Below, piece by piece: positions 1-10,842 of a stretch of 64,000 nucleotides of DNA (its first letter is position 1; the number at the start of each line of letters is the position of its first letter). The notes beneath the pieces were generated by a model. It was given only the letters and a program-made list of their open reading frames with translations, was not told the DNA's origin and made no database searches. The position numbers and the translations under genes are program-made. This DNA is from Macrostomum lignano. Lineage: Eukaryota. Location: contig NIVC01000032.1 in assembly GCA_002269645.1 (NCBI GenBank), positions 558,001 to 622,000 of the forward strand. Direction: 5' to 3'.

Positions 1-40
1 GGCTGTAGATCAGGCTGTAGATCAGACTGTAGATCAGGCT
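1..40 (+). repeat. End of a 12-bp tandem array (tagatcaggctg) in the last intron of the upstream carbonic anhydrase paralog
   Basis: Same unit as 4699-6133 and 8172-8366, followed by the same acceptor context (cacctctccag). Confidence 0.85.
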
Positions 41-70
41 CACATGAACCCCCCCCCTGCACCTCTCCAG

Positions 71-190
71 CTGTTGCAGTTCACAACGGCTTTTTTTGAC
101 AAAGCCAAGACTCGCCCAATGGTGAACAATTTCCGCCCCGTGATGAGCCGGCATGGTCGAGAGATTCGCTGCAGCTTTGGCAGCAGTTAG
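71..190 (+). CDS. Terminal exon of an alpha-carbonic anhydrase paralog (rest of gene lies left of the window)
   Basis: Acceptor ctctccag ends at 70. Exon reads LLQFTTAFFDKAKTRPMVNNFRPVMSRHGREIRCSFGSS* (NNFRP C-terminal alpha-CA motif); 113/120 nt identical to 8392-8511. Confidence 0.88.
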   Translation: MLQFTTAFFDKAKTRPMVNNFRPVMSRHGREIRCSFGSS

Positions 191-1014
191 AAGCGGCCGA
201 GGGCTTCGAATGTTGTCTCCGGCTTTTAAAGTACACTCAGGATAAAGTGACTGAACTCTGACAGAACTATGAGGTTTCTGGTTTACTAATAACACTTTCC
301 GGGTTTTTCGGAGTCATTTTTGTTATACTGTTAAGAAACTGTTTATTTTAGTTTTGAAGTCTTTTTTTGTTTTACTATTTAGAAAATATCCGGTTTAGGA
401 CGCGCGAAAATTTGAAACGATTGAAACAGCTCTTCTTGATTGTGTTGGTGGGTTTATTCTAATTAACTGGGTCGTTTTTTATCGTTTTCTGTTTCTTTAT
501 TCTTTAGCATTATGTCCACCCATCGACAAGTGATGTCATTGGTGGTTTAGCAACGTGTGAAGTAGGCACAAGCAGGCAGAAGTGCCGTTATTTTTCGTGG
601 CATTGGGGACGCCATTTTGTTTAAATGGGTATGAATTCGTTTGAATGGGCGTGACTTTGTTTGAATTGTTTTTTGTTTGTTTGCAATGTCACTGGGTTAA
701 TGTCGCTGCAATACCCTTAAGCAGATGAGAGTTCAGTCCCTGCTGGCAAAAGCGATCTTCCAGTCCTCACCCGCAGCAAGAAATAAACAAATTCGCTTTG
801 CCTCGCACAGAGCCAAACGCGCAGATGCTTTGCGCCCTCTGCAGCTGGGAAAATGCGCGGTCTCTGGGCTGCGAACTGTCACCTGCCCTGTGCCAATGTA
901 AACTGTGAGTCCCCACCCATACTGCCGCTGCCGCTCGCGTACTTAAAAGGCAGCCCTGTGCTAGCCACCAGCTTTCGCTTTTAAACAAAAAATTGAAAGA
1001 CCTGCGGTATTGCA

Positions 1015-2772
1015 ATGAATCTTGGAGACTCCAGCGACAGCTCGAGTTCGGACGCGCCTCCCGCTACCCCAACTCCTCTCTGCATCATCTGCGACCAAGC
1101 TGCAGTCGGTGTGGCTCCGTTCTCCCGCTGCCACATGTGCAGTCAACACCTCAGTGTCGATGTGGCCAATCTATTCAAGCTCAAGGAGGAGGTCGAAGAG
1201 CTGCTGCGTGCCTACTCACAAGAGTCACAAGAGTCACAAGACTCACAAGACTCACAAGAGTCACAAGAGTCACAAGAGTCACAAGACTCACAACAGTCAC
1301 AAGAGTCACAAGGCGCAGCAGGTGCAGATAGCCGTGCAGCGCTGCTGCGACACCGACAAGACGCTGAGTCGCTGCGTCGTCTCGCTCTCGACATCCAACA
1401 GCAGCTGCAAGACGTCAATCACAAATTCGATTTGGTACAGCAACACATCGACTCGTTTCGTAGCAGGGTGACGGGCCAGCTCTCAGGTGTACTTGAGGCA
1501 GTGCGTGTGTGCGAGCGGGACCTCGAGGACGTCTCCAGCTACAAGCAGGAGGTGGCCACGGCGGAGGCTGCAGGCGACATGGCGGAGCTGCTTCAACTGG
1601 TGCAGTCCATGCACGAATCGCTTGGAGACTTGGAGGCCGACTTTGAGAGGTCAGAGCGGCTGCTCAGAGACCAGAGCGACAATGAGGAGCTGCAGCTGCG
1701 GCTTCTGGGCCAGCTTGAGCGGCTGGTCGGCATTTGTGCGGGACGCAGTGGAGAGGGCGACTGGTCGAGAGACGCTGCGGTGACCGCGACATCCGATGAG
1801 ATAGACGCTGCTCACAGACTGCTGTTCGATCCGATGGTCTTCAGTCACGAGGTGAAGCTGGATGACCGTGTTGAATACCTGGCTGTGTGCAGCGACACCA
1901 GCGGATTCGTTGGTGACCGGTCAGGCCGTGTGGTTCCCGCCGACTCAGCGGGAGACGGCAGCGAGGCTCTGCCTCAGCCCTGCATCCTGGCATCATTTCT
2001 TATCAACAGAGACCACCTACTGGTGCTGTCTGTGGACGGCACACAGAAGCTGCGGTGCCACTGCGACATTGATTGGAAGAAGGAAATCTGGGGCCTTGAT
2101 TGCGACCGCCAGCTGCTGTTCATTGCTCAGCATGACGCAGTGACAGTGACGGACCTGAGCGGTTGCGCGGTGCATCGAGTCCGCCCACACAACGAGGGCT
2201 TCGCTGACATCAGGGGAATCGGCGGCAACGCAGCCTCCGTGTTTGTGTCCAGTGGAAACAAAATTGCTGCATTCAGCAAAGCGACTTGGCAGATGGAGAC
2301 GGTCATCACGCTGTCTCAGCTTCCTGATGCTCGACTGGGTAACTTGGCGACTCACGACAACTGCATCCTGGTGAGAGACTGGAAGCACAAGCAGGTGCAC
2401 AGAGTGCGCATCGACACCCAGCAGCTGGTGGCCTCTTTCCCGACTCAGCGTTCCGGCCTACGACAGTTTGGTGGTCCAGTAGATGTGGTCGTCGACAGCA
2501 GAGGCCGCCTGTTCGTGAGTGAGTTTTTGGGTCACTCAGTGCGAGCGGTGGCTGCAGACGACGGGTCGCTGCTGTGGACTCTGGGGACTCCGGGCGAGAG
2601 AGGCAGCGGAGACGGCAGATTCGAGTATCCATCGGGTCTGGCGGTGGTGACGGGGGGTCCGTGCGAGCAGCTGGTGGTGGCTGAATTACCCAACAACATA
2701 CTGCAGGTGTTCAGTGCATCCAATTTTATTCACAGGTCGAATAATAATCGAACTGTGGGATTTCTTGAGTGA
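1015..2772 (+). CDS. Intronless TRIM-NHL-like protein (degenerate B-box-like Zn knuckle, coiled coil, NHL/beta-propeller), 585 aa
   Basis: Uninterrupted ORF with an in-frame stop just upstream of the ATG. CIIC-x12-CHMCSQH, then a heptad-rich region, then NHL-like repeats (GPVDVVVDSRGRLFVSEF, GTPGERGSGDGRFEYPSGLAV). Confidence 0.75.
   Translation: MNLGDSSDSSSSDAPPATPTPLCIICDQAAVGVAPFSRCHMCSQHLSVDVANLFKLKEEVEELLRAYSQESQESQDSQDSQESQESQESQDSQQSQESQGAAGADSRAALLRHRQDAESLRRLALDIQQQLQDVNHKFDLVQQHIDSFRSRVTGQLSGVLEAVRVCERDLEDVSSYKQEVATAEAAGDMAELLQLVQSMHESLGDLEADFERSERLLRDQSDNEELQLRLLGQLERLVGICAGRSGEGDWSRDAAVTATSDEIDAAHRLLFDPMVFSHEVKLDDRVEYLAVCSDTSGFVGDRSGRVVPADSAGDGSEALPQPCILASFLINRDHLLVLSVDGTQKLRCHCDIDWKKEIWGLDCDRQLLFIAQHDAVTVTDLSGCAVHRVRPHNEGFADIRGIGGNAASVFVSSGNKIAAFSKATWQMETVITLSQLPDARLGNLATHDNCILVRDWKHKQVHRVRIDTQQLVASFPTQRSGLRQFGGPVDVVVDSRGRLFVSEFLGHSVRAVAADDGSLLWTLGTPGERGSGDGRFEYPSGLAVVTGGPCEQLVVAELPNNILQVFSASNFIHRSNNNRTVGFLE
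1216..1311 (+). repeat. In-frame 9-nt coding repeat (tcacaagag; SQE/SQD x about 10)
   Basis: Read directly from the sequence; encodes the SQESQESQDSQD run in the NHL gene. Confidence 0.9.
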
Positions 2773-2958
2773 TTGATTTATTGGAGGCCGGGTTTTTGTT
2801 CGAGTTTTTTACATTGTGGAATTTTTACATGTTATGGCCTTTTTTGTCTGATAATTGTTTATTATGTACAGTATATTCAGAATTGATATTTATTGAATAG
2901 AAGAACATTAAACATTATGCATGCATTCAGTAATTACATTAAACTTACGCCGGATGTA

Positions 2959-3376
2959 GCACCAAGGGGCGCCAGCACCAAGGGGCGCCAGCACCAAGGG
3001 GCGCCAGCACCAAGGGGCGCCAGCACCAAGGGGCGCCAGCACCAAGGGGCGCCAGCACCAAGGGGCGCCAGCACCAAGGGGCGCCAGCACCAAGGGGCGC
3101 CAGCACCAAGGGGCGCCAGCACCAAGGGGCGCCAGCACCAAGGGGCGCCAGCACCAAGGGGCGCCAGCACCAAGGGGCGCCAGCACCAAGGGGCGCCAGC
3201 ACCAAGGGGCGCCAGCACCAAGGGGCGCCAGCACCAAGGGGCGCCAGCACCAAGGGGCGCCAGCACCAAGGGGCGCCAGCACCAAGGGGCGCCAGCACCA
3301 AGGGGCGCCAGCACCAAGGGGCGCCAGCACCAAGGGGCGCCAGCACCAAGGGGCGCCAGCACCAAGGGCGCCAGCA
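2959..3376. repeat. 16-bp near-perfect tandem array (gcaccaaggggcgcca) x about 26
   Basis: Direct reading; explains the 16-aa periodic shadow ORFs on both strands. Confidence 0.95.
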
Positions 3377-3411
3377 CTAAGGGCTACTAAATACACGACC
3401 TGTCATAGCTA

Positions 3412-4059
3412 TACTCAGCAACAGCTAAACCCCCCCCCCACTCACGCTGTCACACGGGCACAAAAGTTAAGCAATGTCTTTAATTCTAGTCTCAGTATCG
3501 TGTGTAGGAACCACGAGCATGCAAAAGTGCCGTGACTCGTCGTGGCATCCTGATCACCAGCCGGTTGATGAACTCTTGGGGCAGCTGCTGCCAGGAATTC
3601 GGCACCGCCAGTCGCAACTGTTCAGCATTCTGTGGGGCATCCTGCTGAACTCTTCGCTTTACAAATTTGTAATTTAATTTACAGTAATTTACAGACTTAA
3701 GTCCCAGACATGCTCGATGGGGTTCATGTCTGGAGACTTTGACGGCCAGTTCAATGTGCGAATGCCGAGCTGCTCCTTCAGCAGCTGCACGTGTGCTGCT
3801 CGATGTGGCGCAGCGTTGTCGTCTTGAAGAATGCAGTTCTGCGGGCCTCCAAAGGTTGTCGTAGCAAATGGCAGAAACTGCTGCTGTAGCAGCTCTGCAT
3901 AGGTCTGCCCAGTTACATTCTGCTCCAGAATGACAAGCTCTGTTTTGCCATTCAGTGCGATGCCAGCTAAGGCGTGCAGTGAAACACATTGTGAGTCGGC
4001 ACAAAACTTTTGGGCCGTGTGACAGCGTGAGTTGGGGGGGGTTTAGCTGTTGCTGAGTA
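3412..4059 (-). mobile_element. Internally deleted Tc1-family (DD34E) DNA transposon
   Basis: About 59-bp terminal inverted repeats (TIRs; tactcagcaacagctaaaccc...), with TA on both flanks (3410-11, 4060-61). Minus-strand remnant reads ...ILQDDNAAPHRAAH...NWPSKSPDMNPIEHVWD[35-nt insertion]FVKRRV...MPRRVTALLHARGSYTRY*, with 34 residues between D and E. The N-terminus and first catalytic D are missing. Confidence 0.92.
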
Positions 4060-4608
4060 TAGTAAGATTTCATCTGTAGCAGAGCAAAGCTGAACTAAAA
4101 TTGGTAATAGGCAATGCCAATATCAAAATAGTTCTGTTGAGTCTAAGAACTTCATATCTGAAGCTTTGATAGAAAATGTCGTGTCGTGAATGTACACTGA
4201 TGCGTACAACACTTGCAGGACTTACATAGATGACTGCATTGGCTTTGTAAGCCAGGCTTCCAATTTAGCCCTAAAGATTAAGCTTTATTTATTCTTCGTC
4301 AGGTGGCTCCAGTCTATATACTAAAAATAAACCTCGTTAGTTGACCGACTTTATAGCTACAGCTGAAAATTAAAACTAACTTCACTAACTTGCATGTACA
4401 TCACTGAACGATGCACTTTTAGCTTTCAGTGCACTAGACAAATCTAGGTGTGTTCAAATTTTAGACCAATCAGTAGTTTGCACGTACGTTCGTAATTAGG
4501 CCAATTTGGATGGATTTATATATAGCTAGCTTTGCGAATTCAAGTCAAAATATTTCATTGTGACCATCAAGTAAATATCATTATCTTCTACAGTGTTCTG
4601 CACCAAGC

Positions 4609-7600
4609 ATGACTCACCACTGTGTGCTGCTGACAGCTGCTCTTCTGACAGCATGCGTTCACCTCTCTGTGGCTGGAATTTGTGAGTTTTCAGGCACGCT
4701 GTAGATCAGATTATAGATCAGGCTATAGATCAGGCTATGGATCAGGCTATAGATCAGACTATAGATCAGGCTATAGATCAGGCTGTAGATCAGGCTGTAG
4801 ATCAAACAGTAGATCAGGCTATACATCAGGCTATAGATCAGGCTGTAGATCAGACTGTAGATCAGGCTGTAGATCAGGCTATAGATCAGGCTATAGATCT
4901 GGCTGTACATCAGGCTATAGATCAGACTATAGATCAGGCTATAGATCAGGCTGAAGATTAGGCTATAGATCAGGCTGTAGATCAGGCTGTAGATCAGGTT
5001 GTAGATCAGGCTATAGATCAGGTTGTAGATCAGGCTATAGATCAGGCTATAGATCAGGTTGTAGATCAGGCTGTAGATCAGGCTGTAGATCAGACTGTAG
5101 ATCAAACTGTAGATCAGGCTATAGATCAGGCTATAGATCAGACTATAGATCAGGCTATAGATCAGGCTGTAGATCAAACTGTAGATCAGGCTATGGATCA
5201 GGCTATAGCTCAGGCAGTAGATCAGACTGTAGATCAAACTGTAGATCAGGCTATGGATCAGGCTATAGCTCAGGCAGTAGATCAAACTGTAGATCAGGCT
5301 ATAGATCAGGCTATAGATCAGGCTATAGATCAGGCAGTAGATCAGACTGTAGATCAAACTGTAGATCAGGCTATAGATCAGGCTATAGATCAGGCTGTAG
5401 ATCAGGCTATAGATCAGCCTATAGATCAGGCTATAGATCAGGCTGTAGATCAGGCTGTAGATCAGGCTGTAGATCAGGCTGTAGATCAGGCTATAGATCA
5501 GACTATAGATCAGGCTATAGATCAGGCTGTAGATCAGGCTGTAGATCAGGCTGTAGATCAGGCTATAGCTCAGGCAGTAGATCAGACTGTAGATCAAACT
5601 GTAGATCAGGCTATAGATCAGGCTATAGATTAGGCTATAGATCAGGCTATAGTTCAGGCTATAGATCAGGCTGTAGATCAGGCTATAGATCAGGCTGTAG
5701 ATCAGGCTATTGATCAGACTATAGATCAGGCTATAGATCAGGCTGTAGATCAGGCTATAGATCAGGCTTTAAATCAGACTATAGATCAGGCTGTAGATCA
5801 GGCTGTAGATCAGGCTGTAGATCAGGCTGTAGATCAGGCTGTAGATCAGGCTTTAAATCAGACTATAGATCAGGCTGTAGATCAGGCTGTAGATCAGGCT
5901 GTAGATCAGGCTGTAGATCAGGCTGAAGATCAGGCTATAGATCAGGCTGTAGATAAGGCTGTAGATCAGGCTATAGATCAGGTTGTAGATGAGGCTGTAG
6001 ATCAGGCTGTAGATCAAACTGTAGATCAAACTGTAGATCAGACTATAGATCAGGATATAGATCAGGATATAGATCAGGATATAGATCAGGCTATAGATCA
6101 GACTATAGATCAGGCTATAGATCAGGATATAGATTACGCTACCACATTCATTCCCTGACTTCAGTTGCCCAGCGCCTTCGCTGCACTTTTCAAACCTTTG
6201 TTTACGAGGACGAGCGCATTCGAGTCCACCGATGCGAATTTGGTGAGACCCGATTTGAGATTTTTTAGCCAACCCTAATCCTCCATTCTAGTCAACTCTT
6301 TCTCAACTGCCCACAGCTCCGCAAAGCTGGTGGCAGATGAGCCATCACTGCAAGGATCTCCCAGAGAACCGACCGTCGCCTATTGGAATCGAGCTATCAG
6401 TCTGCCAGAACAAGTCGGAACAGTTGAAGCCCATCGAGCTGGGAGGTGGCTGGAGCGAAAATAGAAAGTTTGTTGTGTGGAATAACGGGCATTCAAGTGA
6501 GTTCGTTTGTCTCCTGTAAAATTTCTCGGAATGTACTCAAGATCTGACAGCTGAAAGCACCTGTCAGTGCTCAAAAATCACCTGTCAGTGCTCACAAATC
6601 ACCTGTCAGTGCTCACAAATCACCTGTCAGTGCTCACAAAACACCTGTTAGTGCTCACAAAACACCTGTTAGTGCTCACAAATCACCTGTCAGTGCTCAC
6701 AAATCATCTGTCAGTGCTCACAAAACACCTGTCAGTGCTCACAAAACACCTGTCAGTGCTCACAAATCACCTGTCAGTGCTCACATAACACCTGTCAGTG
6801 CTCAAAAATCACCTGTCAGTGCTCACAAATCACCTGTCAGTGCTCACAAAACACCTGTTAGTGCTCACAAATCACCTGTCAGTGCTCACAAATCTCCTGT
6901 CAGTGCTCACAAATCACCTGTCAGTGCTCACAAAACACCTGTTAGTGCTCACAAATCTCCTGTCAGTGCTCACAACTCACCTGTCAGTGCTCACAAATCT
7001 CCTGTCAGTGCTCACAACTCACCTGTCAGTGCTCACAAATCTCCTGTCAGTGCTCACAACTCACCTGTCAGTGCTCACAAATCTCCTGTCAGTGCTCACA
7101 ACTCACCTGTCAGTGCTCACAAATCTCCTGTCAGTGCTCACAAGGCGACTCCCACACCATCCACCCTCTCCACAGTCCAAGCAGACGCGGTGGACGGTGC
7201 CGACCTGACGGTGACGGGAGGCCACCTGAGAGGCACCTACAACTGCATCCAGTTCCACTTCCACTGGGGCAGCGAAGCCAATATGGAGAAGGGCATCGGC
7301 AGCGAGCATCGGCTGGTTGACGCGGCCGGCAAGGAGGTGCCGACGCCTCTGGAGGTGCACATTGTGTGCAAGCGGCGGGAGCTGAACGTCAAGCAGGCTG
7401 TCAGCACCCCAGACGCCATCGCTGTGCTGGGGGGCTTCATCCAGCCCATGAAGGTGAGGCACTTGTTGTTGAATTGAGTCAATTGACGGAGCGCCATTTC
7501 ATTTGAGAGGGGCGCCATTTCATTTGAGGGGGCGCCACTTCATTTGAGGGGGCGTCATTTCTTTTAAGGGAGGCCCCATTTCATTAGAGGGGCGCCATTT

Positions 7601-8511
7601 AATTTGAGGGGAGCGCCATTTCACTTGAGGGGGCGCCATTTCATTTGAGGGGGCGCCATTTCATTTGAGGGGGCGCCATTTCATTTGAGGGGGCGCCGGT
7701 ATCAGGGGCTAACTATACATGCACGTGCAAGGGGTGTCGCCAGTCGTGATTAAAATTCCTTCATTTCCAGCCCGCAGACAACGAGACGTCGGCTGACTAT
7801 GCTATTTCCGAATTGTTGGCCAACATGACGGGACTGCTGATACCTGTGAAGCGCGGACCGCACTCGGGGCGCCAGCTTCGGGATGAAGGTAATGCCTGTT
7901 GGATGCAGCTGATTGAATAAGTGGCAGCTGAGCAGCTCAGCGCTTCTGATGAACGACCTATGAGCAGTCCATCTCAAGCCCTCCCACTTGCCTCTGCAGA
8001 TGCATCGACAGTGCAGCTGCAGCTCCGCGGCCTTCTGCCCGACAATCTCCAGCGGTTCGTGAACTACGATGGAGCCTTCACCACCCCTGGCTGCAACCCG
8101 GTGGCGCAGTGGCACCTCTTCACCGACATGATGAAGATCCGCAAGGAGCTAGTGAGGGTCTCGCTTTTGAAGCTGTAGCTGAGGCTGTAGATCAGGCTAT
8201 AGATCAGGCTGTAGATCAGGCTGTAGATCAGGCTATAGATCAGGCTGTAGATCAGGCTGTAGATCAGGCTATAGATCAGGCTGTAGATCAGGCTGTAGAT
8301 CAGGCTATAGATTAGGCTATAGATCAGGCTATAGATCAGACTGTAGATCAGGCTATAGATCAGGCTCACATCAACCCCTGCACCTCTCCAGCTGTTGCAG
8401 TTCACATCGGCCTTCTTCGACAAAGCCAAGACTCGCCCAATGGTGAACAATTTCCGCCCCGTGATGAGCCGGCACGGCCGAGAGATTCGCTGCAGCTTCG
8501 GCAGCAGTTAG
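4609..8511 (+). CDS. Secreted alpha-carbonic anhydrase, 7 exons, 332 aa
   Basis: Exons 4609-4681, 6165-6242, 6317-6496, 7176-7453, 7771-7888, 8000-8151, 8392-8511 (999 nt, all GT-AG, phases consistent). Signal-peptide-like MTHHCVLLTAALLTACVHLSVAG; motifs NNGHS, QFHFHWG, GSEH, LEVHIV (three Zn ligands), YDGAFTTPGC, NNFRP. Confidence 0.9.
4699..6133. repeat. 12-bp minisatellite (tagatcaggct[a/g]) x about 120 filling CA intron 1
   Basis: Direct reading; the IYSL and DQAI/DQAV ORFs are its shadows. Confidence 0.95.
6557..7141. repeat. 21-bp minisatellite (cacctgtcagtgctcacaaat) x about 28 in CA intron 3
   Basis: Direct reading. Confidence 0.95.
7490..7697. repeat. About 20-bp minisatellite (ggcgccatttcatttgaggg) x about 10 in CA intron 4
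   Basis: Direct reading. Confidence 0.9.
8172..8366. repeat. 12-bp minisatellite (tagatcaggct[a/g]) in CA intron 6
   Basis: Same unit as intron 1 and the paralog's last intron. Confidence 0.95.
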
Positions 8512-9876
8512 AAACGGCTGATCGGGGCCTCAAAATTGAATTGGATCCCTGTGCTCCCTGTGCTCCGAGGTTTTTCTATTTACACTAAAATATTTCCTAA
8601 TTCAACTGTTTGCTTTCGTTAATTTCGACTGAACTACAAGTCATATTAAAATATTTAGCTAGCACAAATCGTTTATAATATAAACTTGCGCGAAAAAATA
8701 AAAAATGTCGGTATTTATACAAAGAATAAAAATGTTTGGTTGCGCGGGTAGCTAATGTTACTTTTTGTGGATTCAACAACATATAGCTTTGATTTTTCAT
8801 GTACGCATGCAATGCGCATACATGTATAATATGAAAGCTTCGGAAGAGAAATCATACAAGAAATTAGCTGCATGTACGATCAGTTAAAAAGAATATAGCT
8901 AGCTAGGGAACTCGATTCTAATTTGTTGATCAATGCTAAGGCACTGCATTATGACTAGCTTTTTTGGATCTGAAAACAGAAAAAATATTGATTTGTTAAT
9001 CTGTAGTCCCTACTTTATTGACCCATTTTTAAGAAGCACGGCCGCCTCACGGAAGGTTGCAGTTGACAAATAGTAAAGAGATGTGTAGCCTGCACTTCAA
9101 TCAATGCTTACATTAGTGTACTGGCTCTTCAAGACACTATACTATAGTGCGTATTATTTTTTTTGAGGACTGAAGCAAAAGGCGTCCTGTTGTTATAACG
9201 ATCAGGGTGCCTACTAGCAAGGGCAGGTAAATAGAGCGCGGATCAGTCCTCCTGGTGGGTCCTCGAGGGAGCATAAACTCCGCGGCCACCTGAACCTTAG
9301 AACCGCCATTTTCATAGCACAAATCTTGGGTTGCATCACAAGGATAGCAGTAACTAGCAATCTAGTGCCCCCCTTCGGGGCACGCAATAAGCAAGGATCC
9401 ATTAATCAGGGTCCACAAGTTGGGCTGCAGCTGTGAGATCAATTGCGTCACGCACAGCTCCACAAACAGCAGGTAGGTGAGAGCCAAATATGCGCCCGTG
9501 CCACCGAAAACGTACTACATCTCCAAAGCCTATTGGATCCCCGAATTCCCGGTGGGCTACTGGCAGGGTTCCTGAGCAAGAGGCGTGATCAGGTGGTCCG
9601 TTACACACGTACTGTAAGTCTAAACTAAAATATCGGAATCAGGGTTTTTAGCTTTTTGAGTTGGAAATAGTGTCAAATATCATAACTATACTACCTCTTT
9701 TAATCATTTGTAGCTAGTACACGCAAAGTTCTAGAAGATTCTTTATATGACTTGTTTTACATTTCTGATTTCTAATAAAATTCAGCAGCCAGTTTGAACT
9801 CACTAAATTCTTTTCAAAAATGTATTGTTCGCTTTAATATAAAAATTGTATTCTATCCCATAGGCATAGACATATA

Positions 9877-10236
9877 GGCTTTTCATATTACCGATTCCAG
9901 AACCAGAATCGGTTCGAAGCTTTTCATATTGTCTGTTCCGTTTTCAGAATCGGTTCCAGAACTGCGATCCGATTCTGGAATTTGGATCGAGAAATTTTCT
10001 CGATCCTTTGTCATGTTTACACTTTAACAGTAAAATATATTTGAAATTGTCAATTTTTTATTATTGGTATATAATTATTCCGTTTTTTTGTCATATCCAA
10101 GAGGAAACAAAGTCAAGCAAGGATAGACAAAATTAAATTGTAGAGACTGACAAACATAAAATGGGTTCGAACTCGAAGCTTTTCATTTTCCTAGGGGTAC
10201 CAATTCTGGTTCTAGAACCTATATTCGTGAAAAGCC
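9877..10236. mobile_element. MITE with imperfect TIRs and TA flanks (Tc1/mariner-type target)
   Basis: Left ta|ggcttttca...ttccagaaccagaat; right attctggttctagaa...tgaaaagcc|ta; internal repeats of gaagcttttca and agaacc motifs. Confidence 0.6.
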
Positions 10237-10842
10237 TAATTGGACATATATTATATTTATATGTATATACCTGTATCTTAATCTTACCTTATCTCAATAT
10301 TTACAAATTTACCATGACCATGTGATAGACATTGTTGTAGACCTATGAGTAAAATGATGATACCTTTCTTTTAAGGTGTCTACTTGACCTATCTAGTCAA
10401 GTCAAGTTACTCAACTTATAGTGTGATGTTGTCAGTTTACGTAGCCCCGCCAAGGGCTGTTTTGACATACAGTACCAATCTTTAATATTACCAGTTTCGT
10501 ATTCTCACATCTGCTTAAAGTAGTGCCCTAAGAATTTTAATCAGCTGCGTGCCTGCGTACAATTGTAAACCCTGCGTACAGCATGCAATTGATAATTTCT
10601 ATTCCTGTGTTTCTCAGCCGGCCAATAGAAAAGCCATGCATTAATTATACTAATTTCTTTTGCGCACCACCCCCGCCTGCTCCTTATCAGTCCTGTCTGG
10701 CCATGCACTCAGCCTCAGGGTTTACTCCCTTTTGCTCCACTAGACTCTTCTCCAACCCGTTTAGACTGGCTCTATTCCTCTCCACTCCGCTCTGCCGCCA
10801 CGCTTGGGAGCCCTTTTAGACCTATAGACTCTGGTGCCTTTA

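Noticed and set aside
2893-3396. Four overlapping ORFs with 16-aa periodicity
   Set aside because: Shadows of the 16-bp tandem repeat; no unique coding content.
3492-4073. 193-aa minus-strand ORF as an intact protein
   Set aside because: Only the last 50 or so residues are in the transposase frame; the DDE region is in another frame upstream of the 35-nt insertion.
4659-6272. IYSL and DQAI/DQAV repeat proteins
   Set aside because: Translations of the 12-bp intronic satellite lying between phase-compatible CA exons.
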